Below, one piece after another: positions 28,650 through 37,652 of a stretch of 64,000 nt of DNA (position 1 is the first letter of the stretch; the number at the start of each line of letters is the position of its first letter). The position numbers were made by a program, and so were the translations under genes. The notes under the pieces are model-generated. The model saw only the letters and a program-made list of their open reading frames with translations. It did no database searches and was not told where the DNA came from. Source of the stretch: a bacterium (lineage in GTDB: Bacteria; Patescibacteriota; Minisyncoccia; UBA6257; Colwellbacteraceae); contig JAKPNH010000008.1 of assembly GCA_029548485.1 (NCBI GenBank), positions 1,563 through 65,562 on the forward strand, written 5' to 3'.

Positions 28650-28991
28650 TTATTTTTCTATAACGAGCCTTTTCAACCTTTTCGCCTGCAGGGAATTCTT
28701 GGGCAGCATGCCTTGAACCGCGTGCCTCAAAGCCCAGGCCGGATCTTTCGCCTCGGCCTGCTTGTAGCTCTTGGTTTTCAAATGGCCCATGTATCCCGTA
28801 TGGCGGTGATAAACTTTCTGTTCGCTTTTCCTTCCGGAGAGCTTGATTTCGCCGATATTTTTGACGATCACTTTGTCTTCCCCTTCCAAACGGGGATTGT
28901 ATCCGGCTTTGTGCTTTCCCTGAAGGATGTTGGCGATTTTCGTCGCCAAGCGGCCCATATTCTGATTTTTGGCGTCGATTACGTGTTCCAT
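28650..28991 (-). CDS. rplM: 50S ribosomal protein L13 (short)
   Basis: VIDAKNQNMGRLATKIANILQGKHKAGYNP matches the L13 N-terminal core; 113 aa. Confidence 0.9.
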   Translation of the reverse strand: MEHVIDAKNQNMGRLATKIANILQGKHKAGYNPRLEGEDKVIVKNIGEIKLSGRKSEQKVYHRHTGYMGHLKTKSYKQAEAKDPAWALRHAVQGMLPKNSLQAKRLKRLVIEK

Positions 28992-28992
28992 A

Positions 28993-29343
28993 TTAGACGA
29001 ATTTTATTTCCACCCAAGGCGCACCGTCCCTTTTGCGGCTGGTTCCCAATTTCACGATCCGCAGATAGCCTCCTTTCCTTTCTTGGTATTTCGGCGCGAT
29101 CTCGTGGTAAATCTTCATGGCCGCTTTCTTGTCCAAGCGCTTGAGAAGCAAACGGAGAGAAGCCAAGTCCTGCTTTTTCGCCAAAGTGACGAGCTTTTCC
29201 GCCAGGGGTTTGATTTCTTTGGCTCTCGCTTCGGTCGTTTTGATGGATTCGCGAATAATCAGGTTATTCAGCAATCCTTTTATGAATTGCCGGCGGTCGC
29301 CGGTTTTCCTTCCAAATTTTCTTCCTTTCTTGCCGTGATGCAT
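28993..29343 (-). CDS. rplQ: 50S ribosomal protein L17
   Basis: L17 family sequence. Confidence 0.95.
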   Translation of the reverse strand: MHHGKKGRKFGRKTGDRRQFIKGLLNNLIIRESIKTTEARAKEIKPLAEKLVTLAKKQDLASLRLLLKRLDKKAAMKIYHEIAPKYQERKGGYLRIVKLGTSRKRDGAPWVEIKFV

Positions 29344-29345
29344 GA

Positions 29346-30110
29346 TTATTCTTCTTTTTTCTCGCGAGCCGGCGATTTCTTTTTCCCGGATTTTCCGGTC
29401 TCGGCGGACAATTCCCTGACGCTTATTTCCGAAATCTTCTTGAAATGATCGAGTAGGATATTTCCGGCTTTGTGAAGGGCGTCGGAAGGAGTGATCGTTC
29501 CGTCGGTCACGATCTCGAGATCGAGCTTGTTGTAGTCGGTGCGGTCGCCGACGCGCATATTGTCAACTTTGAAGCTCACCGCCTGCACCGGCGTGAAAAT
29601 GGCGTCCAAGGCGACGACTCCGATTTCCAATTTTTCCGTTTTTCTCCGCTCCACCGGGACGTATCCCAATCCCTTGTCGACGGTGATCTCCATTTCGACG
29701 TCGGCCTTCTTGTCGGTGACGGTAAAAAGATGCTCTTCGGGATTCATCACCACCACCTGGGTATTCGCTTCGATGTCTCCGGCGACGACGTCTTTCTCGC
29801 CTTTGATTTTCAAGGTCAGCACCTGGGGTTCTTCGGCGAAAAACTGGAACCTGATTTTCTTCAGATTCAGCCCGATCTCCACCACGTCCTCCACCACCCC
29901 GGGGATGGTCGAGAACTCGTGCAAAACCCCTTTAACCTTGAATTGGGTGACGGCCGCTCCGGGTAATGACGACAAAAGCACCCTTCGGAGGCTGTTCCCT
30001 AAAGTCAGGCCGTAACCCGGATAAAGGCCCTCCACACTGAACTTTCCGATCTTATTGTCTTCGGAAATGGTTTTTATATTGACTGTTTCGCTTAAAAGAG
30101 CGTATTTCAT
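29346..30110 (-). CDS. rpoA: DNA-directed RNA polymerase alpha subunit, N-terminal domain only (no alpha-CTD)
   Basis: Alpha NTD dimerisation/assembly domain; ends after about 235 aa in a Lys-rich tail; 254 aa against about 330 typical. Confidence 0.9.
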   Translation of the reverse strand: MKYALLSETVNIKTISEDNKIGKFSVEGLYPGYGLTLGNSLRRVLLSSLPGAAVTQFKVKGVLHEFSTIPGVVEDVVEIGLNLKKIRFQFFAEEPQVLTLKIKGEKDVVAGDIEANTQVVVMNPEEHLFTVTDKKADVEMEITVDKGLGYVPVERRKTEKLEIGVVALDAIFTPVQAVSFKVDNMRVGDRTDYNKLDLEIVTDGTITPSDALHKAGNILLDHFKKISEISVRELSAETGKSGKKKSPAREKKEE

Positions 30111-30113
30111 TTT

Positions 30114-30728
30114 TTATTTTGAATAAAAGTTTACGACCAATTCCAAGTCGAAAGGCAGATCGACGTCTTTCGGTTCGGAAACCATTTCGCCGATCATTTT
30201 TTCCTTGTCCAATTTCAGCCAGGTCGGCGCCTCGTACTGCTTCAAGCGGACTTCGGCCGCTTTGGCCACCGGATGGTCAGCCGACTCCTTGCGGAAAGCG
30301 ATCTTGTCTCCGGGCCGCACGCGCATCGAAGGAATGGTCGATTTCCGGCCGTTCACCGTGATGTGCCCGTGGCTCACAAGCTGGTTCGCCATTCTCCGGG
30401 AAGGCGCGAATCCGAGTTGAAAAACGACGTTATCCAACCGGCTTTCCAGTATCTTCACCAAAGCGACGTCGGTCGGCTCTTTGCTCTGCTCGCTTTTCAA
30501 GAAAGCTTTTTTCATTTCGGCTTCGGTCAAGCCGTAGGTGAAGCGGACTTTTTGCTTCTCCGCCATCTGCTTGCCGTATTCGCTCTGGCGCCTTCGGCCT
30601 TTGCCGTGAGCCCCCGGAGCATAAGGTTTTTTCACTTCGGCGCATTTCGCCGACAAGCAACGCTCGGCTTTCAAAAAAAGCTTCGCTCCCAACCTTCTTT
30701 CTGTTTTTTCCAAAATTCTTCTGGACAT
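30114..30728 (-). CDS. rpsD: 30S ribosomal protein S4
   Basis: S4 N-terminal zinc-ribbon-like region plus S4 domain. Confidence 0.95.
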   Translation of the reverse strand: MSRRILEKTERRLGAKLFLKAERCLSAKCAEVKKPYAPGAHGKGRRRQSEYGKQMAEKQKVRFTYGLTEAEMKKAFLKSEQSKEPTDVALVKILESRLDNVVFQLGFAPSRRMANQLVSHGHITVNGRKSTIPSMRVRPGDKIAFRKESADHPVAKAAEVRLKQYEAPTWLKLDKEKMIGEMVSEPKDVDLPFDLELVVNFYSK

Positions 30729-30737
30729 TTTTTTGAA

Positions 30738-31175
30738 TTAAACTCTTCTCGGTTTTTTCGGACGCGGACCGTTGTGCGGCACCGGCGTGACGTCTTTGAT
30801 CGACATGATATTGAAGCCGTGGTTCACGAGCGATCTGATGGCCGAGTCCCGACCCACGGAAACGCCGGAGACGACGACGTCGACGTTGAAAGGCCCGGTT
30901 TTGGCGATCTTCTCGGCGATGGCGGCGATGATCTTCTGGGCGGCGAAAGGCGTCGCCTTCTTGGGTCCGGCGAAACCCAAAGATCCGGCCGAAGCCCAGG
31001 TGACGACGTTGCCGCGGTTATCCGTCACGGTAACGATGGTGTTGTTGAAAGACACCTTGATGTAAATCTTGCCGGAGTCGACGCTCTTCGAAGATTTCTT
31101 GGAAGCCGCCTTAGCCTGCTTTTCTTCTCCTTCGGCGATATTTTCTTGTTTCGAAACTACTTTCTTTTTTCCCAT
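30738..31175 (-). CDS. rpsK: 30S ribosomal protein S11
   Basis: S11 family. Confidence 0.95.
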   Translation of the reverse strand: MGKKKVVSKQENIAEGEEKQAKAASKKSSKSVDSGKIYIKVSFNNTIVTVTDNRGNVVTWASAGSLGFAGPKKATPFAAQKIIAAIAEKIAKTGPFNVDVVVSGVSVGRDSAIRSLVNHGFNIMSIKDVTPVPHNGPRPKKPRRV

Positions 31176-31182
31176 GGCGATA

Positions 31183-31566
31183 TTACTTGAGTTCCACTTT
31201 TCTCTTGCCGCTGATGGCGGTTTTTCTCACGTTCCCGCGGACCGTCCGGGAATTGGTTTTGGTGCGCTGTCCGCGAACGGGCAACTTCCTCGCGTGCCTT
31301 GTTCCGCGGTAGCACTGGATTTCTTTCAAGCGCCCGACGTTCTGGCGGACGATCTGCCTCAATTCCCCTTCGATCTTGCAGTTCTTCTCGATGAAATCCT
31401 TGAGAAGGCTCACCTCTCCCTGGTCCAGGCTTTTGGCTCTTTTGTTTGGATCGATCTTGGTTTCCGCAAGAATCCTTTTGGAGACCGCCGGTCCGATTCC
31501 GTAAATATAAGTAAGCGCCACCTCGATGCGCTTTTCGTCCGGAATATTTATGCCTATCAACCTCAT
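31183..31566 (-). CDS. rpsM: 30S ribosomal protein S13
   Basis: S13 family MRLIGINIPDEKRIEVALTYIYGIG. Confidence 0.95.
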   Translation of the reverse strand: MRLIGINIPDEKRIEVALTYIYGIGPAVSKRILAETKIDPNKRAKSLDQGEVSLLKDFIEKNCKIEGELRQIVRQNVGRLKEIQCYRGTRHARKLPVRGQRTKTNSRTVRGNVRKTAISGKRKVELK

Positions 31567-31570
31567 TTAA

Positions 31571-31687
31571 CTATCCTTGTCTTTGCTTGTGTTTCGGGGT
31601 TTTGTCGCAAACCACATAAATCCGCCCTCGGCGGCGGACAATCTTGCAATCCTTACAAATTTTTTTGACCGATGGTCTGACTTTCAT
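31571..31687 (-). CDS. rpmJ: 50S ribosomal protein L36
   Basis: Hand translation [38 protein letters not shown] (38 aa); below the ORF-track cut-off. Confidence 0.85.
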   Translation of the reverse strand: MKVRPSVKKICKDCKIVRRRGRIYVVCDKTPKHKQRQG

Positions 31688-31722
31688 GCCGATGATCTTA
31701 ACCCTGTATGGAGCGCGGATTT

Positions 31723-31926
31723 TTAAAGCCTCCTCGTCACGCGCCCTCTTTTGTCGTCGTAAGGAGACAATTCCACCGTCACTTTGTCGCCGGGCAAAAC
31801 TTTGATGTGATTCTGCCTCATGCGGCCAGATAGATACGCGAGGACCTCTTTTCCGCTTTCCAACTCGACCCGAAAGTTCGCCGCCGGAAGAGCTTCGAGA
31901 ACGACTCCTTTTTCTATCATGTGCAT
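31723..31926 (-). CDS. infA: translation initiation factor IF-1
   Basis: C-terminal 67 aa of the track ORF match the IF-1 S1-like core ([29 protein letters not shown]...VTVELSPYD); the Arg-rich N-terminal extension in the track is judged spurious; start at MHMIEKG. Confidence 0.8.
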   Translation of the reverse strand: MHMIEKGVVLEALPAANFRVELESGKEVLAYLSGRMRQNHIKVLPGDKVTVELSPYDDKRGRVTRRL

Positions 31927-31970
31927 GGATTCTACCACAAGGGACCGCTTGGAGTCAATATCCGAGCCCC

Positions 31971-33590
31971 TTATTCGAGCGTCAAGCCGATCCGGCTTAT
32001 GTCGGCCGGGATGCTTCTCACCCAGAAAGGCCAGAGGGTGACGACCGCCGACTGGATCTCCTCGTCTCCGGCGACATGGAGGCTGAAATCTTCTTCGGAT
32101 TTTCCGGCCACGGCCGACTTGAATCCTTCGGCGTCGAAAGCCCTTGACCATTCCGAAACGATGGTTACGGGGATGATCGCCTTGCCCGTATCGAAGTTGA
32201 CGCTCGCTTCGCCGTAATCTATTTCGTAGCTTTTCATCTCGTAATCCTCGCCCGGACCGCTTGTTTCCAGCTTTTCCTCGGCCACTTTGCGGACGCTCGC
32301 CTCGTCGAAAGCCATGATTTTGGTTTCGGCGGCGAGCATCAATTTGAAGTTCCCTTTTTCGTCGACGTCTTCGATCACCTCTTCCTTGACGATGGCGTAT
32401 GAGGTCGCTCCTTCGATAGCCCGGAGAGTTTCGGGAACGGTGATGTCTTCGGCCGCCTTGACCATGGCTAACAACTCTTGCCTGGACTTTTCTTTGAGGC
32501 TCGCGATGTCCGCTTCCGTGGGCACTTTGACGTCGCCCACGAATCCGCCGGACATGGCTTCTTTGGATTCCCCGTAAAATCCGTTGAACTTTGGCGTGCC
32601 TTCGAATCCGGGTATGCGCCAGCTTTGTCCGGCCGGAAGATTGTAATCGCTCCCCGGTTTTTCCGCCGTCACCTTGACGTCGATCGCGGAGGCCACTATT
32701 TTTCCTTCGCTGATCGCCGCCCCGGGAATGGTGATCGCCTCGGTTGTTTTGAAAACCTTCCCGCCGGTGGTGATGAAGCGCGTTCCCTTGACGATCGACT
32801 GCTTGCTCGAGCTGTAGGCGTTGTAAACCGTAATGATGCCTTCGGCGCTCTGCTCAACTTTTTTGGTGCCGCTCGCCGGAGCGCTGAAAACGTTGTTTTT
32901 ATCGATGGAGAACACTTGGCCGGGAATGGTGAATCCGGTTTCGGCGCTCGCCTTGATCGAAGCGGTGATGGCGATCGGCGTTTCCCAGCGCGTTTTCGCG
33001 AGCGTCAAACGCGCCTCCGCCTTCGGCAGGAGGAAAACGGCGGCGTAAGCCAATGCTCCGGCCAAAAGGATTCCTCCGGACGAAAAAACGACTATCTTCA
33101 ATCTTCTCGATTTCCGCGGCCGATCCTCGGGCGCGGGTCTCGGCCTAGGCGGTTCAGGGCTGTATTCGCGGATTATCGGTTCGGTTTCCGGAAATTTCTC
33201 TTCTTCCGGATGAATCGGCGCGGTTTCTTCCCGGGGAACGCGCACCGGCCGCGGCTTTACGCGGGCGGAAACCGGAATGATGTCGGCCACGGCCCGTTTC
33301 ACTTTCTTAAAAACGGGGTTGATCACCTGGAAACCCGAAGCCAAAGCGAGATCGACGATGTCTTCGTCGCTTGACTCGACGATCACCTGCTTTCCCATGG
33401 CCGAAGCCTCGCGGAAAATCAGATAAAAATTGTTTCCGTTCTCTCCGAGCAAGGAATATCTCGGAACGGCCAAAATAACCTTGGACTCGCGGCTGTTCAA
33501 GATCTTTTGGATGACCGCGGCCGCGGAATCGGTTTTTTTGAGGTATATTTTTTTGTTTTCGGGTTTTTCCATCAGCTTATGTTGAGCCAT
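31971..33590 (-). CDS. hypothetical membrane protein: cytoplasmic N-domain, Pro-rich linker, single TM, large extracytoplasmic domain
   Basis: 539-aa ORF; TM segment [23 protein letters not shown] after a [14 protein letters not shown] linker; no family recognised. Confidence 0.5.
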   Translation of the reverse strand: MAQHKLMEKPENKKIYLKKTDSAAAVIQKILNSRESKVILAVPRYSLLGENGNNFYLIFREASAMGKQVIVESSDEDIVDLALASGFQVINPVFKKVKRAVADIIPVSARVKPRPVRVPREETAPIHPEEEKFPETEPIIREYSPEPPRPRPAPEDRPRKSRRLKIVVFSSGGILLAGALAYAAVFLLPKAEARLTLAKTRWETPIAITASIKASAETGFTIPGQVFSIDKNNVFSAPASGTKKVEQSAEGIITVYNAYSSSKQSIVKGTRFITTGGKVFKTTEAITIPGAAISEGKIVASAIDVKVTAEKPGSDYNLPAGQSWRIPGFEGTPKFNGFYGESKEAMSGGFVGDVKVPTEADIASLKEKSRQELLAMVKAAEDITVPETLRAIEGATSYAIVKEEVIEDVDEKGNFKLMLAAETKIMAFDEASVRKVAEEKLETSGPGEDYEMKSYEIDYGEASVNFDTGKAIIPVTIVSEWSRAFDAEGFKSAVAGKSEEDFSLHVAGDEEIQSAVVTLWPFWVRSIPADISRIGLTLE

Positions 33591-34510
33591 TTGATGCGCT
33601 GCTTGGCGAAACGGTTGAAATTCTTATTCGAAGAAAACTGGACGAATTCGCGCTTCAGGATGTCTCCGGGATTTTCCCAGGACAAAAAAGAAAACTTGGC
33701 TCCGCCGCCGAAAGTAAAGGGCTTGGCCGAAGCGGCTATCTGATCGCACATCACGAACACCACGGGCTTTACCATTTTAGCATTATGGATCGCCGCTGAC
33801 ACGCCTTTTTCGAAAACGGAAAAATGCTTGTTGAAAACGAACCTGAATTTCTTCAGGAAATCGGCCGAGGCGTCGTTTTGGAGATAGCGGTTCAAAACCG
33901 GCGCCACCGCCTCCTTGGGGATCATCAAGTCGTCGTGGAAGGACTGCAAAAGATTGTCCAAGCCCCACTCGAAATCTCCGGCCGGACGGATGTCTCCGTT
34001 TTCCTTGGCCGCGCAAACGTGGGTTTTGTCCCTCAAGACGTTAACGAAGACGAAATTCCTGGAACGGTTCTCCTCCCGGAGCAAATGAGCCTTGACCGCG
34101 GTCGGCTCGCTTATGAAGATTATTTCCCCGTTTTTGGGCAGCCCTTGTCGGATTTTTTGGAACGTCTCGCGGCTCGCCAGAGTTTCGGCCACCCCGACCT
34201 CGATTTTCTTGGCCGGGAAGCCAATCGGATTCAAAACTTTCGAGCCGTCCACTCTCGCCGCGACGATACGGGCGTCGATCAGAAGGACGTCGATCTCCGC
34301 CACGCCGAGTTTGAAGCTCGCCGGAGTCCGTTCCCTGTCGAATACTTTCCAAATCGCCTGGGAGACCGTGTTTGACAATTCCGCTTCGTCGATTTCTTCG
34401 CGCGGACGATCGCGTTCTTCAATGATCCTCGTGTAGACCGTGAGGCTCTGTGAAGCGGGCGCGATGACGATATACTTTCCGTCGGCTATCTCCAAGAATT
34501 CAGTCTCCAC
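33572..34510 (-). CDS. hypothetical protein
   Basis: Track ORF extends to 34624, overlapping alaS by about 107 nt; true start probably a GTG/TTG near 34510; no family recognised. Confidence 0.45.
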   Translation of the reverse strand: METEFLEIADGKYIVIAPASQSLTVYTRIIEERDRPREEIDEAELSNTVSQAIWKVFDRERTPASFKLGVAEIDVLLIDARIVAARVDGSKVLNPIGFPAKKIEVGVAETLASRETFQKIRQGLPKNGEIIFISEPTAVKAHLLREENRSRNFVFVNVLRDKTHVCAAKENGDIRPAGDFEWGLDNLLQSFHDDLMIPKEAVAPVLNRYLQNDASADFLKKFRFVFNKHFSVFEKGVSAAIHNAKMVKPVVFVMCDQIAASAKPFTFGGGAKFSFLSWENPGDILKREFVQFSSNKNFNRFAKQRIKWLNIS

Positions 34511-34517
34511 GACTGAA

Positions 34518-36368
34518 TTATAAGATAACCGCTCTGATGCGTCTAATTCCCGCGGCCGCGGATTCTTCTTTCTGAATCTTGAATTTTCCCAAAACTCCGG
34601 TATGGCCGACGTGCGGACCGCCACAAATCTCGCGACTGTAAGGAGAAATGTCGTAGACCTTCACCTTGTTTCCGTATTTGTCGTCGAAAACCCCCATGGC
34701 CCCGGATTTTTTCGCTTCTTCGTAATCTATTTCTTCGCAGACAACCGGCAAGTCCCTTTTGATGGCTTTGTTCACGAAATCTTCCACCTTTTCGATTTCT
34801 TCGTCGGTCATTTTCCCGTGGTGGGAGAAATCGAATCTCAATCTCTCGGCGGTGATGTTGCTTCCTTTCTGGACAACGTGTTCTCCCAAGACTTGCCGCA
34901 GTCCGGCCAAAAGTAAATGGGCGGCCGTATGAAGCTTAGTCGTTTCCTCGCTTTGGTCGGCCAAACCGCCTTTGAACATTCCGGCCGAAGCGGTCCGGGA
35001 AAGTTCTTGGTGCTCTTTCATTTTCCTTTCGAACCCCTCTTTGTCGACGGGGATGTTTTTTTCCTTGGCCAATTCTTCGACAATCTCTATCGGAAAACCG
35101 AACGTCTGGTAAAGATCGAAGGCTTCTTCTCCGGAGACGCCGTCCGACCGGTCGATTTTGGAAAACTCCTTGAGCCCTTTTTCCAAAGTCCTCGTGAATT
35201 TTTGCTCTTCTTTTTCGAGTTCGACGTTGACGAAATCTTTGTTTTCCTCGAGTTCGGGATAAACCCTCTCGTAAATACACCGGACAATGTCGCCGATTTT
35301 TACCATCCAGACCGGATCGGATATGCCGAGCTCGCGGCCGTAAACCGCGGCCCGCCTGATCAAGCGCCGGACAATATAACCCTGGTCTTTGTTCGAAGGG
35401 CCGATCCGAGCCGGCTCGGACATGATGAACACGGCCGCTTTCAGATGGTCGCTTACGATTTCGAAAGCCCGGCGGTTGTTTTCGTATTTTTTTCCGGACA
35501 ATTCCTCGATTTTCTCGATGATCGGAGAAAAAAGCTCGGACTCGAAAATGTTTCCGCGATTATTAGCCGCCATGGCGAGCCTTTCGAGGCCTCCGCCGAA
35601 ATCGACGTTTTTGTTTTGAAGCGACTCCCAGCCTTTTGCGGTTTTCTTGAACTGCATGAAAACCGAATTGCCTATTTCCAAAAAACGGCCGCAATCGCAG
35701 TTCAGATGGCAGTATTCGCCGAATTTCGGATCGTGGGATTTGCCGGTGTCGTAGAAAGTTTCCGAATCCGGTCCGCCCAATTCTCCCAAGGCATCTCCCC
35801 TTTGCCACCAGTTCTTGTCGCGGTAAGCGAAGATCCTCTGCCGACCGAAATCGATTTCTTGTCCCGGGCCAGCTTCCCCTTTCCCCATGGTCGCCGGGCC
35901 TTCTTCGGCTTCGATCCCGTATTTTTTGAAAATGTCTTTGACTATCCCGATGGCTTCGTCGTCTTTTCCGAGCCCGATCGCCGGATCTCCGGCGTAAACC
36001 GTTTGGTAAAGTTTCTTAGGATCGAGTCCGAGCTCCTCGATCAAAAACTCGTACCACCATTCGAGCTGCTCTTTCTTGAAATAGTCTCCCAAAGACCAGT
36101 TGCCGAGCATTTCGAAAAAAGTGTCGTGTCGGCTGTCTCCGATCGATTCGATGTCTTCGGCCCGGAAGCATTTCTGGGAATTGACGAGGCGTTTCCCCGC
36201 CGGATGGCGCTCGCCCGCAAGATAAGGCACGAGCGGGAACATGCCCGAGTTCGTAAAAAGCAAAGTGGGGTCGTTTTCCGGAATCAAGGAAGCCGAAGGA
36301 ATGACCGCGTGCCCCCGGGCCTTGAAAAACTTCAGGTATTTTTTCCGAATCTCGTTGGCTTGCGTCAT
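34518..36368 (-). CDS. alaS: alanyl-tRNA synthetase (short form lacking the C-Ala domain)
   Basis: AlaRS catalytic N-terminus (FTNSGMFPLVPYL..., WGGGLER-like region) and editing domain HxxxH (HTAAHLLLAGLRQVLGEH...); 616 aa. Confidence 0.9.
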   Translation of the reverse strand: MTQANEIRKKYLKFFKARGHAVIPSASLIPENDPTLLFTNSGMFPLVPYLAGERHPAGKRLVNSQKCFRAEDIESIGDSRHDTFFEMLGNWSLGDYFKKEQLEWWYEFLIEELGLDPKKLYQTVYAGDPAIGLGKDDEAIGIVKDIFKKYGIEAEEGPATMGKGEAGPGQEIDFGRQRIFAYRDKNWWQRGDALGELGGPDSETFYDTGKSHDPKFGEYCHLNCDCGRFLEIGNSVFMQFKKTAKGWESLQNKNVDFGGGLERLAMAANNRGNIFESELFSPIIEKIEELSGKKYENNRRAFEIVSDHLKAAVFIMSEPARIGPSNKDQGYIVRRLIRRAAVYGRELGISDPVWMVKIGDIVRCIYERVYPELEENKDFVNVELEKEEQKFTRTLEKGLKEFSKIDRSDGVSGEEAFDLYQTFGFPIEIVEELAKEKNIPVDKEGFERKMKEHQELSRTASAGMFKGGLADQSEETTKLHTAAHLLLAGLRQVLGEHVVQKGSNITAERLRFDFSHHGKMTDEEIEKVEDFVNKAIKRDLPVVCEEIDYEEAKKSGAMGVFDDKYGNKVKVYDISPYSREICGGPHVGHTGVLGKFKIQKEESAAAGIRRIRAVIL

Positions 36369-36383
36369 CGATCGTTAAATTGG

Positions 36384-37652
36384 CTAATATTCTCCGAATT
36401 TCACGGATTTCTGATGCTGCCTGATTTTTTCCAAAGCCTTGGCCTCGATCTGTCTGATGCGCTCCCTGGTGACGCCGAAAATCTTTCCGACTTCTTCTAA
36501 GGTATGCGGCGTGCTGTCGCGGAGTCCGAACCTCAACTCCAGTATTTTCCGCTCTCTTTCCGTGAGATCGTTCAGCACTTCCCTGATCTGATCTTTCAGA
36601 AGCTCCCTCGAAACCACCTGAGAGGGCGAAAGCGTTTTTTCGTCTTCGATGAATTCCGAAAGAGTCGAATCCTCTTCTTCGCCGACCGGCGATTCCAGGG
36701 AAATGACTTCTTGGGAAATCTTCTGGATGTGGCGGATCTTGTCCACGTTCACGCCCATTTCGATGGCCACCTCTTCGGCCAGGGGCTCGCGTCCGAGCTC
36801 CTGCATCAACTTCCGACGCGCCTGGGTGTATTTGGAAATCGTCTCCACCATGTGGACCGGGATCCTGATGGTACGCGAATGGTCGGCCAAGGCGCGGGTG
36901 ATCGCCTGCCTGATCCACCAGGTGGCGTAAGTCGAGAATTTGAATCCCTTGCGGTAGTCGAATTTCTGGACCGCCCGGAAAAGCCCGAGGTTCCCTTCCT
37001 GGATGAGATCGAGTATGCCGAGCTGTGGGCTGCGGTTCACGTAACGCTTGGCGATGGAGACGACGAGCCTCAAATTCGCCTTGATGAGTTTTTGCCTGGC
37101 TTCCTCGTCTCCGCGGGCCACTCTTTTCGCGATTTCCCTTTCTTCGAGGGTGGTGAGAAGCGGAGTCTTGCCTATTTCCTTGAGGTAAATCTGGACGTTA
37201 TCCGGAAGCTCTCCGGTGATCAAAGTCGCGTCCTCGAGCTCTTTCTGGGTGATTTCGTCTCCCGGAAGCTCGATCAGATTGCCGACGTCGATGACGCGGA
37301 GCCCGGCTTCTTCGATGCGGTCGTAGATATGCTCGAGGAAAGAGACGTCGGTTTCGATCCGCGGAAAGAATTTAAGGATTTCTAGATCGGTGACAAACCC
37401 TTTGGCTTTGCCTTGGTTGATGAGTTCGTCCAAAACGCCCAAATCGAATTTGAACTTTCGGGGTTTTTCCTTGGCCGGGGCTTTCTTGCTAACCGGCTTC
37501 GCGGTTTTTTTGGAGGTTTTTTTCGCGATCTTGGCCGGTTTTCTGGATTTCTTCGCTTTAATCGCTTTCCGCGAAACTTTTGGTTTCTTCGCCGGCTTCC
37601 TTAATTTGCGCACCGGCTTTCTCGCGGATTTCTTTTTTTTGTTCTTAGCCAT
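36384..37652 (-). CDS. rpoD: RNA polymerase sigma-70 factor RpoD with a Lys-rich N-terminal extension
   Basis: Regions 2-4 conserved ([36 protein letters not shown]...); first about 70 aa are K/A/P-rich. Confidence 0.95.
   Translation of the reverse strand: MAKNKKKKSARKPVRKLRKPAKKPKVSRKAIKAKKSRKPAKIAKKTSKKTAKPVSKKAPAKEKPRKFKFDLGVLDELINQGKAKGFVTDLEILKFFPRIETDVSFLEHIYDRIEEAGLRVIDVGNLIELPGDEITQKELEDATLITGELPDNVQIYLKEIGKTPLLTTLEEREIAKRVARGDEEARQKLIKANLRLVVSIAKRYVNRSPQLGILDLIQEGNLGLFRAVQKFDYRKGFKFSTYATWWIRQAITRALADHSRTIRIPVHMVETISKYTQARRKLMQELGREPLAEEVAIEMGVNVDKIRHIQKISQEVISLESPVGEEEDSTLSEFIEDEKTLSPSQVVSRELLKDQIREVLNDLTERERKILELRFGLRDSTPHTLEEVGKIFGVTRERIRQIEAKALEKIRQHQKSVKFGEY

Noticed and set aside
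31927-32151. Arg-rich 75-aa N-terminal extension of the infA ORF; also the 69-aa N-terminal extension of the ddl ORF (40352-40558)
   Set aside because: IF-1 and Ddl homology begin at internal Met codons (MHMIEKG; MSLKKRIAVLMGG). The extensions are low-complexity and overlap the upstream genes, so the starts were re-assigned
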